Position numbers and translations under genes: made by a program. Below the pieces are notes generated by a model. That model worked only from the letters and a program-made list of their open reading frames with translations, was not told the DNA's origin and did not search any database. This document shows positions 37,301-49,307 of a stretch of 64,000 nucleotides of DNA, in pieces. This DNA is from Gekko japonicus (Eukaryota), in NCBI RefSeq assembly GCF_001447785.1, contig NW_015162488.1, forward strand, positions 646,723 to 710,722, in the 5' to 3' direction. Numbering within the stretch: position 1 is the first letter of the stretch; every line of letters begins with the position of its first letter.

Positions 37301-38723
37301 TACATATAAGTGAAGATGGGCAGATAAAAGGTAGGTTGGATAGTGGGTGGGAAGGTGAGAGGGAAGCAGGGAAAGGTGCAGATATGCAGGCTAATAGGAA
37401 ATGGGAAAGCAGAAATAGTCTGGGAAGGGGGACACAGGAAAACTAACCTCCCCCTTCAAGTCCTTGAGGGTTCCCCACTGCACACCTGGGCCTAGCCCAG
37501 TGACTGGCATCGTACACCTTGCCCAGACTGGCAGATGTTGCTGTGCAACATTTTTCCTGGGAAGAGACTGCTGGTAAAAGGCAGGAGGCAAAGCTGAAGA
37601 CAGAAGGGCAGATAAAGGTGGGCTGGATAGTGAGTGGGAAGAAGGAAGCAGGAGAATGGATTGTGGGCTTTCAGGGAAGGCACAGCAGAAATAGTGGGGG
37701 AGGTGGAAGTAAGATGCCCCCCCATCAAATTCTTACAGGTCCCCTGCTTGTAACATTCTAGTACTTGGAATAGTAGGGTTATTGTTATTGATCATTAGAG
37801 ATTTAAGACCATCTATATAAAACGGCGCAAGATGTCTTCATGGTTCTGTTCAGTATGTATGTAAATGCTGTTCAGAAAAATGGAGTGAAGATCAGGAGAA
37901 TTCTCTTTTTTTGAGATATTGTCTCTCAATTATCTCTGTATCATCATAATTATGGTCAATACAATAAATGGCTAAGCTGATTGAAACTGCACTGATAAAA
38001 CTGAGGTGGTTCTGGCTGGCAGGCCTTATGAGGTAGAGAGAAGTACATTCTTTGTTTATTGAATACTGACACTTTGGTATTTCAAGCTCATGGCCTTAAG
38101 ATATGTTTTCAAACCTAGTACTACACCTGTATGTTCAGGTATATGCTGCTGCTCAGACTATTATCTTCATCTTGTGAAAAGATTGCAACTCTTTTGGATT
38201 TGGTCTCATTGCTTTAACTTTGAAATGGAAGTAATGTGCTCTGTGGCTGGACCTTAGTGCTGTTTAACTGCCATATGGTGCATTGTGTGCTAGTCTTTTC
38301 CTGGTGGGCAGATGACTGGTAATAGTTTACATCAGGTTTCTAGAGCCAGCTTTGGTTTCCTTTAGCACTTGAACTACTTCAGTTCAGAATGCTTTATAAT
38401 CTACAAAATGTTTAACTGTTTTGAACTTTTGATGATATTCAAGATAACTTTTCCTCTGTCTTGTCATTTTCTGTAGTCAGAAAATAGGCTCAGGGAGGGA
38501 AGGGATGTCTATCTCACCCTCTGTGCACCAAAAACACTTGACTTGCCATTTAGACCTACTTCAGTTGTGATTAGAAACAAAGCAATTACAAATATTGGCC
38601 TTGAAATATGGTAGTCAGGCAGGAGCTGAATGTTTTTTTCAGACCACATTTCATATATAAGTAACTAAGTTTAAGAGTAGAATTGAAGTCCAGAAAACTG
38701 ACTAACATTGTTTGTTTTTACAG

Positions 38724-38731
38724 GTGCCTGA
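38724..38731 (+). CDS. ZNF654: ZNF654 final coding exon (Ser-Ala-stop), followed by the 3' UTR
   Basis: Branch-like GACTAAC, then TTTTTACAG|GT GCC TGA; completes the phase-1 codon to give ...DSDDESA*; total CDS 3267 nt is divisible by 3. Confidence 0.85.
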
Positions 38732-40056
38732 TCAAGTCTTCTCAGTCTGAGGAGCGCTGTGATGGAACACTACAATATTTTGCATCAGTTTGCTTTTTCC
38801 TTCTTGGCCTTAATTATAAAGTCTGAAGTCATTAACAAAAATTATGACCTTGCTCAGTCAAAGCACACTTGAGTCAGAACTAAGCTGTAGTAGGATCTGT
38901 GCAGAATTCGAGTCCAGAAAAAACTGTTCTAAAGCCCCAAAGTACCAGTTACCCAGAAGCCACAAGGTACCATATGAAGCCCCATGTAACGTCATGGTGC
39001 AGCAGCATACCATGTGGTTGTCATGCACAGTGGTGATGTCCTGAGGAGATGCAAGTGGTACATGCTTCTTTCTGGTTGTGCATGTTCAAAGGAAGCCTGT
39101 CTACATTATTGAGTCATCACATTAAATGTCGCTGTGTGCATAAAAAATTGCTCAGTTAAAAGTTAATCTGTTTGTAGAGAGTGATTATTCTTAATATGGA
39201 CTAGCTTGATGTTTGGATTTCAAACAACTGAATGTAACTAAAGAGCAGATGTGACCAAGATAAAGACTGGCATAAGTGTCAAGACCTAGTTCGTTTTAAA
39301 GGTGCCACTGAACTCAAAATAAGAACAGAAGCATGTCTAATCCAAACATAAGTACTAAAACTATACTCAGATACACCAAAATTCCTTTTCCTAATATCTT
39401 ACTCAGGAAACATGTAGAAAGAATGCAATCACAGTGAGATCTATCAAATCCATATAAGTACTATATTGGGTAATAACAAATGTAGGTTAAGGACTGACAG
39501 CACCCATGATGTGAAACAAGCTAATTTGAGCTGGGATGTACGACTAAATTTTGCGTAATGATTATTCTGACATGGGTATGGCTGACACCTTTAAAGGTCA
39601 GTTTCCTCTATAATGTGTGAGTTAAAATAGAAGAGGATTCTACAAGGCACAAAGTAAATGGTCAGATGCTAGGGGAGAAAGTAACTGGCAAAGACCTTTG
39701 TACCTATATTGTATCAATATAAAAAGACAAGCATTGAATTTTCACTATAAAATACTTGTTTTCCCCCCTGATGGATTCTTATAAAATATACACCAGTTCA
39801 TAAAGTTCAATGATAAAAATGAATTCTAAAACAATAATTACTTTAGCTAACTGAATGCCTGTAAGAATGACTCACACTCTGTGCCTTGAGAGGTGAAGCT
39901 TTAACTCCCCTATCCTGATACAGTAAACCATAAAGGCAAAACATTCCTCCCAAAACTTAAGTCAGTCTTTTCTTGAGGAGAGACAGAATTATAGAATTTT
40001 CATTCTCATTCTATTGAGAATTCTTTTTCTTATCACACAGCCTTTTTCCTCTCCTT

Positions 40057-41400
40057 GAGTCAGTTCAGAAGTAATGTGAATCATGGTTTATTTTAACCGT
40101 GGTTTGTCTGCAGGCTGAATCCTTCTTTTATAATAAATCCTGGTAAAATAATTTACAGTAATTAAATCTTGATTTTAGCAAATCTGGTTTTAGTACTATT
40201 GCTATTTCCCCTGCCTCCTCACCAGAGACCTGGCTGGTAAAAAGTCTCCCTTGCAACATCCCACTGATGAAAAAGTGTCACTGCATCACTAGCATGCTTA
40301 TCCTTGGCCACTGTCAACACAGAGGCAGGGAAAGTTGTCTTGGGAGTGTTTGACCACTCTCAGAAAGACATTAGTCTACTAAGTGATGTCCTGCTCTCCT
40401 TTCTTGGCAGATAGCCAGGGAAGGTGCAGGGCTTTTTTAAAAAATTAACCCTTCCCAAAAGTCCAAGAAAATAATCTCCTGCTGCTGGATTTCACTGCAG
40501 CCCCCTACATACAAACTCAACTCCCCACCCAGAGTCCTGCCTCTGCTCCAAAGTATACAAGATACATAAGCAGACCACACCCCACCCCAGTCTTACTTGA
40601 ATTGCCCTGACACATTTCCATCTCCATGCAAACATTGCTTGCCTGCCTCATCTCTAGGGTGTTCAGTACTGAGAAAGCTAGCACACCCACCATCGGCTTT
40701 CAGTTGCACAGTAAACACAGGTGCAGTGTTAAATGCACTTTACTGAACAGAGCAAGCAAGTACCAAGCAGTAACAGCCATGAATGCCAATTTAGGTTGGA
40801 TATGAAAGGATGTGGTGGTTAACTGTTATGGGAAACATTGGGTAGGAAATTTTTATTTCTATCCAGCCCTCCATCTTCAAAAAAGTTCATATCAGTGTGA
40901 TATGATTACGGTTGCTTGTGTAAACTGTTTCACAGATGGCACTCAGGCAGTTAAGATAACCAACACTCCACTGTCTCCCCTCCCCCCATTTAGGGATGCA
41001 TGGAAGGTATTTGTCACATTGCTGGGTCTTTAAGAGAGTGGAGGTGGAGGTAAATGTTCCCAGGCAGACTTGGAGCTGAAGGTGGAGAGAGGCTTGGAGC
41101 TCACAGAGCCAGTTGAAGATGAGCAGTTTCATTTTGGAACTGTTCTTGCCTAATAAATCTGCAGGTGGAGTGGGTGTGGAGAATCAGTGGGAAACAAACC
41201 AGGATTGAGTCAAGATAGTGCATCTGCATGTAACACAAAATCATAGTCAAGACTAACTGGTTAATAAACCAATTTCAGATCCTAGCTTTGGATCTTGATT
41301 TACGGTGCCCTAACTAACCATAGTATGGTGGTTTGGCTTTGAGCCATTAATTGTATTTGGTTTAATTAAACCATGGTTTTATGTTATGTCTTTACTGACA
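40057..41400. mobile_element. Old non-autonomous DNA transposon with degenerate long inverted ends
   Basis: GTCAGTTCAGAAGTAATG..ATCATGGTTTATTTTAACC on the left versus GGTTTAATTAAACCATGGTTTTATGTTATGTCT..ACTGAC on the right. Confidence 0.4.
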
Positions 41401-43529
41401 CTTTTCAGGTTCTAAAGGATGCAACTGGATCAAAGTTTGGGTGCATTCATTAAGAGGGAATCTTTAGTATTAACAGTATAAAACAAGTGTGTGAGTTATT
41501 TTAGGAGGTCATCGGATTTTTTTTTTGCGATGGATACATGATCATCATTTGAATATTAGTTCACTTTCATGATGCATACATGTAAGACTTCTGTTAGAAT
41601 TGCTTACATTTGCAAAACATGGAATGGTTTTGTTATGTGAGCTGTTCATATAATTTTGAACTTTAATGCATTCTTTTAAAATCAAACTAAAAGGAACTGT
41701 AATAAGGAATGAGCAAACTACAATCTTATGTTCTATTTGTAAAAAGTCCATCACTGATTTAACTAATGGGAAAGGAATAAAGAGATGATCACAGATATAT
41801 TTGTAATACATTCAGATTTCTTGAATACATTCAGAGATTGATGCCTGGGGCACCAAAGACAGTTTTAACTCCCCTACACAATTATCAGGATTGTATTGTA
41901 CTCTGTGCTAAAAGCAAAATTAAGCACCCAAGTAAACCAAATTCTTTAATAAGAAAAGCTGCATTTTTGAAACTATAAATTATGCAAATTAAGTACACTT
42001 GCATAATATATCTTGTTTGACATAGAAAATTTGCACAATACCACCAAACAAACATGGTACCTAGGATCTATTTTTTAAATTGTGTGCATTGCAGATACAG
42101 AACAACTTCTGTAAAGCTGAATTCCTCCAGTATAAGCAACAGTTCGTAACAAGATACCACATTTTTACATTTCATTGGCATAATTGCCAATTACGAGTTT
42201 TTAAAAAGAGTTGTGGCTCCATTGAAATCTATCTTAGTACCAGTTCAGTACATTGTTCTTCCCAGTCATAAGAGGATTAATAATGCGAGTTCTCATAAAG
42301 GTTGGCATGTTTGTTTCAGTTGGGTTTCTATCCGACTTAAATTTTTATCAGTGAATTTTAAATAGCATTCATATTGTCTATGTCTCCCATACCGTTATAT
42401 TTCTGTCATTTTTAAAAGTTTTCTTTTATTGTTCTAATTACACTGAGTGGAAGCATATTAGGTCTGTGTAAAAACCTGAAAGGCTGTTTCAGTGGAATTG
42501 CATTTAGAAGTACCTGCAGAGTCTAAAACATTCTTGGGCTTCCCTTTTATTTAAGCACCATATAAGAAAGCTGCTTTAACATAGACTCTCTAGTGCATTT
42601 GTTTCAATGTGTGACCACAATTTTTTAACCAGGTCAAGATTTGGGTTTTAGGTTTCTGATTGCATACCACAATACTTCTGCCACTTGTTCAGCCTGACAT
42701 TGTTTGTCTTCTGATTCCTGTGACCTGCCACCTGTTGGGCTTCAAATTTGTGATCAACCTGGGCTGTAATTATAAACCCTTACTCAGGAATAAGTTCCAC
42801 TGAAGTTAAAAAATTATTTTCCAAAGCAAGTGTATACAATTGTTTGTAAAATAACAGTAGGTAACATATTGTAAAACTGAAAAAGTGGAAAGAGTTACCC
42901 TTCTATAAAATGCTCACTATTTCTGGTTTGGTTTGATTGGCCTTTTGTATTGAAGAAGTTTCCATTTTAAAGATAAAACACCTAAAATGAATTTGGTATT
43001 AAGCTATATGTAGGAACACCTCTTATAGTCTAATCTCTGACATGCGGTGCTAGCACATGTGCTTATAGTGGGTTATGTTACTGGAAACACTGGTTTCATC
43101 TTAAAACAGATGACTTATTTTCTTTGCAGAGATAATAGGATTGCTTTGCTGGCTCTCAGGTGCAAATGTTTGGAGTGTCACAGTAACATCTGAAAATGGT
43201 TTTCAGGCATTCTCAGCTCAAGATTTAAGGTTTATTTTGAAGTTTTAAATAACTAAATTACCAGAAATGGGATAAGATAGGAAGCCAAATATTAGGGCAA
43301 ATAGGCTGTCCCGCACTCCCCTGGTCAGTGCACATATCCTCACTACAGGGACACTTGCTGCTCTCTGCCCATAGATACAACAGGTGTCTGCTTTTGGCTG
43401 GTTGCTCCTGTTTATGCAGGGATTGAAATAAAATTGCATGGGTCATTTCCAGCCTACCACCTATTATTAGTCCCTCCTAACTTCTGAGTCAGCAGGTACA
43501 CCAGACCTTATGATAGAATAAGTTGAAGA

Positions 43530-43710
43530 TATGAAGTTGTCTTATACTGAATCAGACCATTGGGACATCTAGGTCAGTATCGTCTACTCAGACTGGCAGG
43601 CTGAGGTCTTTCACATCACTTCCTGCCTGATCCTTTCAATTGGAGATGCCGGGGATTGAACATAAGACTTTCTGCATGCCAAGCATATACTCTTCCACTG
43701 AGCTACAGTT
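43530..43710 (-). mobile_element. tRNA-Ala-derived SINE
   Basis: Minus strand reads CTGTAGCTCAGTGGAAGAGTATATGCTTGGCATGCAG...GTTCAATCCCCGGCATCTCCA, followed by a non-tRNA body. Confidence 0.75.
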
Positions 43711-45667
43711 CTTCACCCAAGTTCTGAGACAGGAGCAGCTGAGACCACTTGGAATATGTCAGAAAGGTTTCTCCTGATGGTCAAGGTTAAGGACTTCATT
43801 GGATCAGGAGTAGCCACTGTTTTCACATTTATATAAATGACATGATACCATACGTGAGACGTGAATCCCACCACAACAGAACATTTACTATGCACACATT
43901 TAAAATATGTAGTTGGTTAAAACTACATGGGTACAGTTTAGACTAATTTTAAATTTTAGTTAAAAGATCATTTAAAAGTTTGAGGAGTGGTTCCCCCCAA
44001 CCTTTTCAGTCTGTTCATGCTGTAACACAGTGGTGTTTGTCTAGCTGCTTCTCTCTCTGGCCAAGAGAGCCTGCAGCTCAGCAGTCACCATAATGCAGTG
44101 TTTATTAACCCAGTCTGGGAAATAATACTATGCCGGGTGCTGGTCCCTCCTCCCCCCCACCACCAAAAAGCAGTGGTGCACAAAGCCACTGTATTGCTGC
44201 TGCCAAGCACATGGCTTTCTCTGCAACTTGTGGTTTTGAGCATTAAAAGCTAGAAGCCAGAGGGAGTGCAGTTACCATAGTGTTGCACTGTTTCTTCAAG
44301 AGGAAAACTTCTGGTGGCAATATGAGGTCAGACTGAGCAATTTCTGATAGCCCCAGATGGGGAGATAAATATTAAGTGGCTGACAATGTTTTACAATATT
44401 TAAATGTGTGATATAGAAAAATGACACTGATGTTCAGCCTGCCTCCCCAACTCTGTTCCTGATGATCAAAGCTTTCCAGTTTTTACGATGACCCTTTGTG
44501 CCTCAAATGTGTACTGCACTGCCCCTAATTTTAACACTGTTTTCCAAATCTCTGTAGGATTTGACATCTCTTTTCAAAAGAATACCCACGAACTTCTGTT
44601 ACATTAATTTGATTCACAGTAAAGGTCATGTAAAAATGTAATCAAGTGGCTCCTTAGGTAACCTGACTCTACAACCAGATTTACTGAACAAGTTTAAAAT
44701 TTATCTGTGGGGAAGGTCACTGGTACTTTGGTTTTTTCAGCCATATTCACTAAACATATAGCAATTGTATAGTTTGGATCATGTTTAACAAGAAGATTCA
44801 ACAGTTCTCCTTTGTTTAACAAGGAGGGGTAGGATGAAACAAAGGGGGTGGTGTTTTTTAATTTATTTTGTACTGTATAACACCTTTATTAAATAAATGC
44901 AGTGTGTGCATTTTGGGACTCTTAAGTTTAATTTGTAAACGTTGTTATAGGTTCAGCAAGAAAGGAAATTTGTGCTTCCTTGTTGAATGTTAAATTATTT
45001 TATTTTGCATTTTATATGAGTACAAATTAAAACTGAGCCATCAAACTGCAATAAATCAACAGTAGTATTTCATTTTAAACTTTTTGTATTGTAAATAGAA
45101 TTGTTCAATAAAATACTGTGTTATTAAAATACGATTTTATGGTGTCTGGGCATCTACCTAGGAAACATTAGTAACGCTACCATTTTTGTACACCATTTTG
45201 TATCGCCTTCATGCAAAGCAGTATACTGAATGGGACGTAGCTAAAATATAATATTCACTCTTTACCAATTTTCAGCTAAAATTAGCTCCCCAACTGGCTC
45301 ACAGTAACTGGAATTTAAACAATTACATGTCATTAAGTACAAAACTTACTTTTGTACTTAATGCCCTGCTGTCACCGTAAACGGACCCAAAGTTGCTTAC
45401 AACAGGAAAATGCTATTTAGTGGTTTATTTAAATAAAGAATCTACAATTACATCTTGGCTGGCTTACCTGAAGACTCAGACTACAAGCTATGGGCTAAGA
45501 ACGTTTTGGTTCATCCCTAAAAGCCCATCTGGCTGCACCCAAGCTTTATAAAGTACCCTGAAGAGAAAGGGAAAAGCCAGTTCTCAGCAAAGATGTTTAC
45601 AAAGCTGGTAAGTATGTTCTTTCCCCCTCCATTCTTGCCTGCTTCCTTTCCAGTATTGCATTGGGAG

Positions 45668-45861
45668 CAATGCTCTCTTTAAGCTGTGGAGTCCTGTGAG
45701 AAAAATTCTACTTTCTGAGCTACTGGCTTTAAAGTTGTGAGTGAGTGCTTTGGTTACTGCATAAATTAATTTGCAGCCATCCTTCCTGAGCTAAGACAAA
45801 AATGTGTGAGCCAGAGGCTAAAAAAGCTAGCTCACACTAACTCAGCTTGGAGGGAACACTG
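45668..45861. mobile_element. hAT-type MITE
   Basis: TIRs CAATGCTCTCTTTAAGCTG / CAGCTTGGAGGGAACACTG; 8-bp TSD ATTGGGAG / ATTGGGGG. Confidence 0.7.
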
Positions 45862-46784
45862 ATTGGGGGCTGATTCTCAGCTGAGAAGGATCTAGATACA
45901 ATGGGGGGAGTGCCCAGCTGCGTCCTGCCTTATCGATGGCAGGTGTTGAATGGCTGGATCTGGGACCAGTTATGAGTGGGTGCCTCCAGTATGCCAAGAA
46001 ACAGTGCAACATGGTGACATTGAAGGGCAGTAGAGGGAATCTAGCATGCAATTTTTGTTATGTGGTTGAGCAAAAATGGGACACGGTTGATTATTCCCAT
46101 GATGGGGTTTCATTAGCATAAAGCAGATCTTGGGAGATTTCCATGGTCTGATGCTTTCTAAAGTATTTGGCTCCAGGGCCATTTCTGGATGTATTCTGCT
46201 AGCACTGAAAATTAGTACTTGTTAGATCACATGATTTTCATCATTGACCTTATTTCTTTTACTCCACTGATATCTAATTGATATCTCCATTGATAAATAA
46301 ATCTTCACATTTGAAATTTGATCTTTTGGACTTAGGACATTACATCAGTAAGGAGCCATCACCACATGTCACTTTCTGAAAGCTCCAGTTATTTCCATTA
46401 GATGTTCAAATAAGTCCGCCACTTGAGGTGGATGCACTCAGGCTCCTACAATTATTTTGATTTGCCTGTCTAATAAGCAAGTGAAACTACATGACTGAAC
46501 CAGAAAGGTTCCCACTCCATGACATGAAATATTCTTTTGGCAATGTGTAGCTTGCCCCTATTTCTGATATTAGAAAATAACATGAAAATGACACAGATAC
46601 GGGATAAATTCATAACTAAACAGCTATAACACTTTCTGAAAACATGATATGCATTTAAAATCCAATAGGTAGGGGGACTTCCGGGGAGGCACGAAACAAC
46701 ATGGCCGCCTGAGCCTTTTGCTCCTCCCAACCCTCCTTATCCACCCCCATCTGCGATCTTTTGCTGAGATCAACGCTTCAATAG

Positions 46785-47779
46785 ATGAATAAAGCTGCAG
46801 GATCGATCCAACAATCTAATCCTTTTAAACACAAAAAGATACAATCCATCCTTACTTCAGTGCCAGTGACGGAAAAATCCAACCCGCGCTTACTGTATAC
46901 AGCTAAAATGGCGCCCGGAACAGAGGAGGCTGACAAGGCCTCATCTCCGGTAACACACGCAGAACTGACGAAGGAGATGACGAAGGCACTATCTCTTATG
47001 GAGAAAACAATACTGGAGAACATGTCAGCTCACTTTAAACCTCTGTACAAACAACTAGGCACGATGCAGAAATCTCTCACGGAAACGAAACAAGTAGCAG
47101 AGACTACCATCAACAACAGCATATCAAATGAAAATGACATACAGCAATTGCAGCAGCTCGAAGATATCCTGGCAGAAAAAGCACTAAGAGCTGACATGAT
47201 ACTTCGGCAGAATAACCTAAAAATCAGAGGCCTGGCAGAAAAAATAGAAATAAAAGGAGACCTCACCGATATCCTTTCCACTTGGCTACGACACGAGATC
47301 CCTCCAGATGGAGATGTGCTGCCTTGTCATCACCAAGGCCTATTGTGCAGGCCCCTTAAGCCTCCTGAAAACCACATCCTCTCGAGACGTCATAGTGTCC
47401 TCCTTAGATCTCAGGTATAGAAAGAAAATCCTTCTAGTGGCAAGACAAAAGGAACACCTCACGTATCTGGGGGGGGGGGATTGAAATTATCCCTGATTTG
47501 CCAAAGGAGGCCCTTATAAAGCGACTAAAGTTAAAACCGATCACTTCGCGCCTTATGGAAGCGGATCTTCGATACACCTGGGCTACGCCTCTTGTTCTAC
47601 ATTTCTCTTTTAAAGGCAAATCATACAGGATCTCCTCAGTCCAAGACGGCTTCAAACTGCTCCATTCACTTGACTTAGCAACGCCGATGGAATTCTCTGC
47701 ACAATCTTCTAAAAGAAAATGCCGCTCTCCATCGCCTTCGCTGACCGACACAATGGAACTTTGTGAGGCAGCGCCTTGA
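46785..47779 (+). pseudogene. L1 ORF1p, frameshifted
   Basis: Coiled coil followed by LRQNNLKIRGLAE; C-terminal PDLPKEALIKRLKLKPIT...RYTWATPLVLHF. Confidence 0.85.
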
Positions 47780-49307
47780 AGACCAACATGCGGGACTTGA
47801 TATATACCATGATTGCTATACAGCTCTGTTGTAACATGTTTAAGGAACTCTCTGGCTCTCAAGATTACTATTAGACGCTAGAGTCATTATGAGGTTCTTG
47901 TTTCTCTTGGTTTAGTAACATAGTTAGATTGTTAATTAAATAGAAAAGTGGGTAAAAATGTTTGTATTGCACCAAGTTCCCAGCGTTATACCTCCATAAG
48001 TGTTCTCTCGCTTTTGTGTACGTTAAGAAATAATTTATGTTAATGCAGCTTGAGCTCTAAAACAATTTTTATGAAGTTATAAATTTCTTAGAAAACCTAT
48101 GGGGGGAAGGGGGATTTTTGGCTCTGTTAGTCCATAAAGTATATCTCAACTCTCAGAAATAAGAGCTGGGGGAGGGGAATAATTAATACCCACCCCAGCC
48201 TCCTGCAGAACAACCTTCTGCAGGAGCATTGAGAGTCGTATTAGTTAAATATATTGTTCAAAAGCACTTTTTCTCTTTAGCCACAGTTTATAATTGTATT
48301 ACACTCACAGATCCTGTGAAAAACTTTGCAGTAATTTCCTTAAATCTTAAATCAATCTGAAAAAATAAAAGACAAACAAATAAAAGAGTGCCAATTAATT
48401 TAGTGCCTACGCACATTATATTTAAGTGTCCTTGATTATCCTAGCCTTTCCTTCTATAACTACAACGATAAAACATTAATCTTATACTTAATTTTTAGCA
48501 TACACATACAAAATCATCTCTGGTGACTTTGATTGTTTTATATTCTCATTAATTCATTGTTAAGGTGTTTAAAAATCAATTTCTATACTTTACTTAATCC
48601 TATCACACAGTCATAATCAATTTTGGGGTTCCTGATTGTCCTATTCTTTCATTAACCATCTGATAAGGTAAATTGATTTGTTTTTCTTTATATTCATTCA
48701 ATCTTAAAACGTTATCACTGATTATACTGACTGATGGCTACAAATTGAAGGGAGCGTACCTCATAGTTAGTAATTTATTATATCATACTACTCCAGAGTA
48801 CACCTAATCTTTGCTATTGATTGTCCTTTTTGATTCCTAATTTACTTCTTAGACACAGTCAGTAAAATATTGCTAATATTAGAAAACCGGCTTATTTTTA
48901 CTGAATATCCTCCAAAGAAATCCGGGATCTCTGATTGCCATCCTTCACCACACAGCTTTGCCGCCCTAGAGGTATCAGACTTCTGACACAGAAACAGGTA
49001 ATTGACTTCAAGGACCATCTCTGCAGCTGCAAAGATACTATCACATGCAGTTTCCCACGGTTTTCTGTTTCCACTCCTATTACCCCACATAACATAGACA
49101 ACTCCAGCAGCACACACATTTCCACGACCACACATAACTCATCACTGAAGACTAGTTCCTTGTTAAAAAGTCTAGTGTCTCATCATATCTACCCACCCAG
49201 AAGTGCTAATCTGGTGCTCATATTCTAAGGCCTTATTTGCATAACCACACATACCTGCAAACAGACATAACCCACAGTCAAGCTACTGCTATCTTACTGC
49301 CAGCATC

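Larger units (their letters stand above)
38732..45130 (+). other. ZNF654: Putative ZNF654 3' UTR (distal end uncertain)
   Basis: AU-rich; AATAAA cluster at about 44892, 45050 and 45107; TGTAAATA at 45090; more proximal AATAAA sites also exist. Confidence 0.4.

Noticed and set aside
37310-37760. Two imperfect purine-rich units with possible Helitron-like ends
   Set aside because: Too degenerate to define termini or a family from the sequence alone
43640-43710. tRNA-Ala gene on the minus strand
   Set aside because: Acceptor stem and arms are degenerate and it continues into a SINE body; the same applies to the heads of the Squam3-like copies
46785-47420. Domesticated L1TD1-like host gene
   Set aside because: It is frameshifted and sits inside a TSD-bounded L1 with a decayed ORF2
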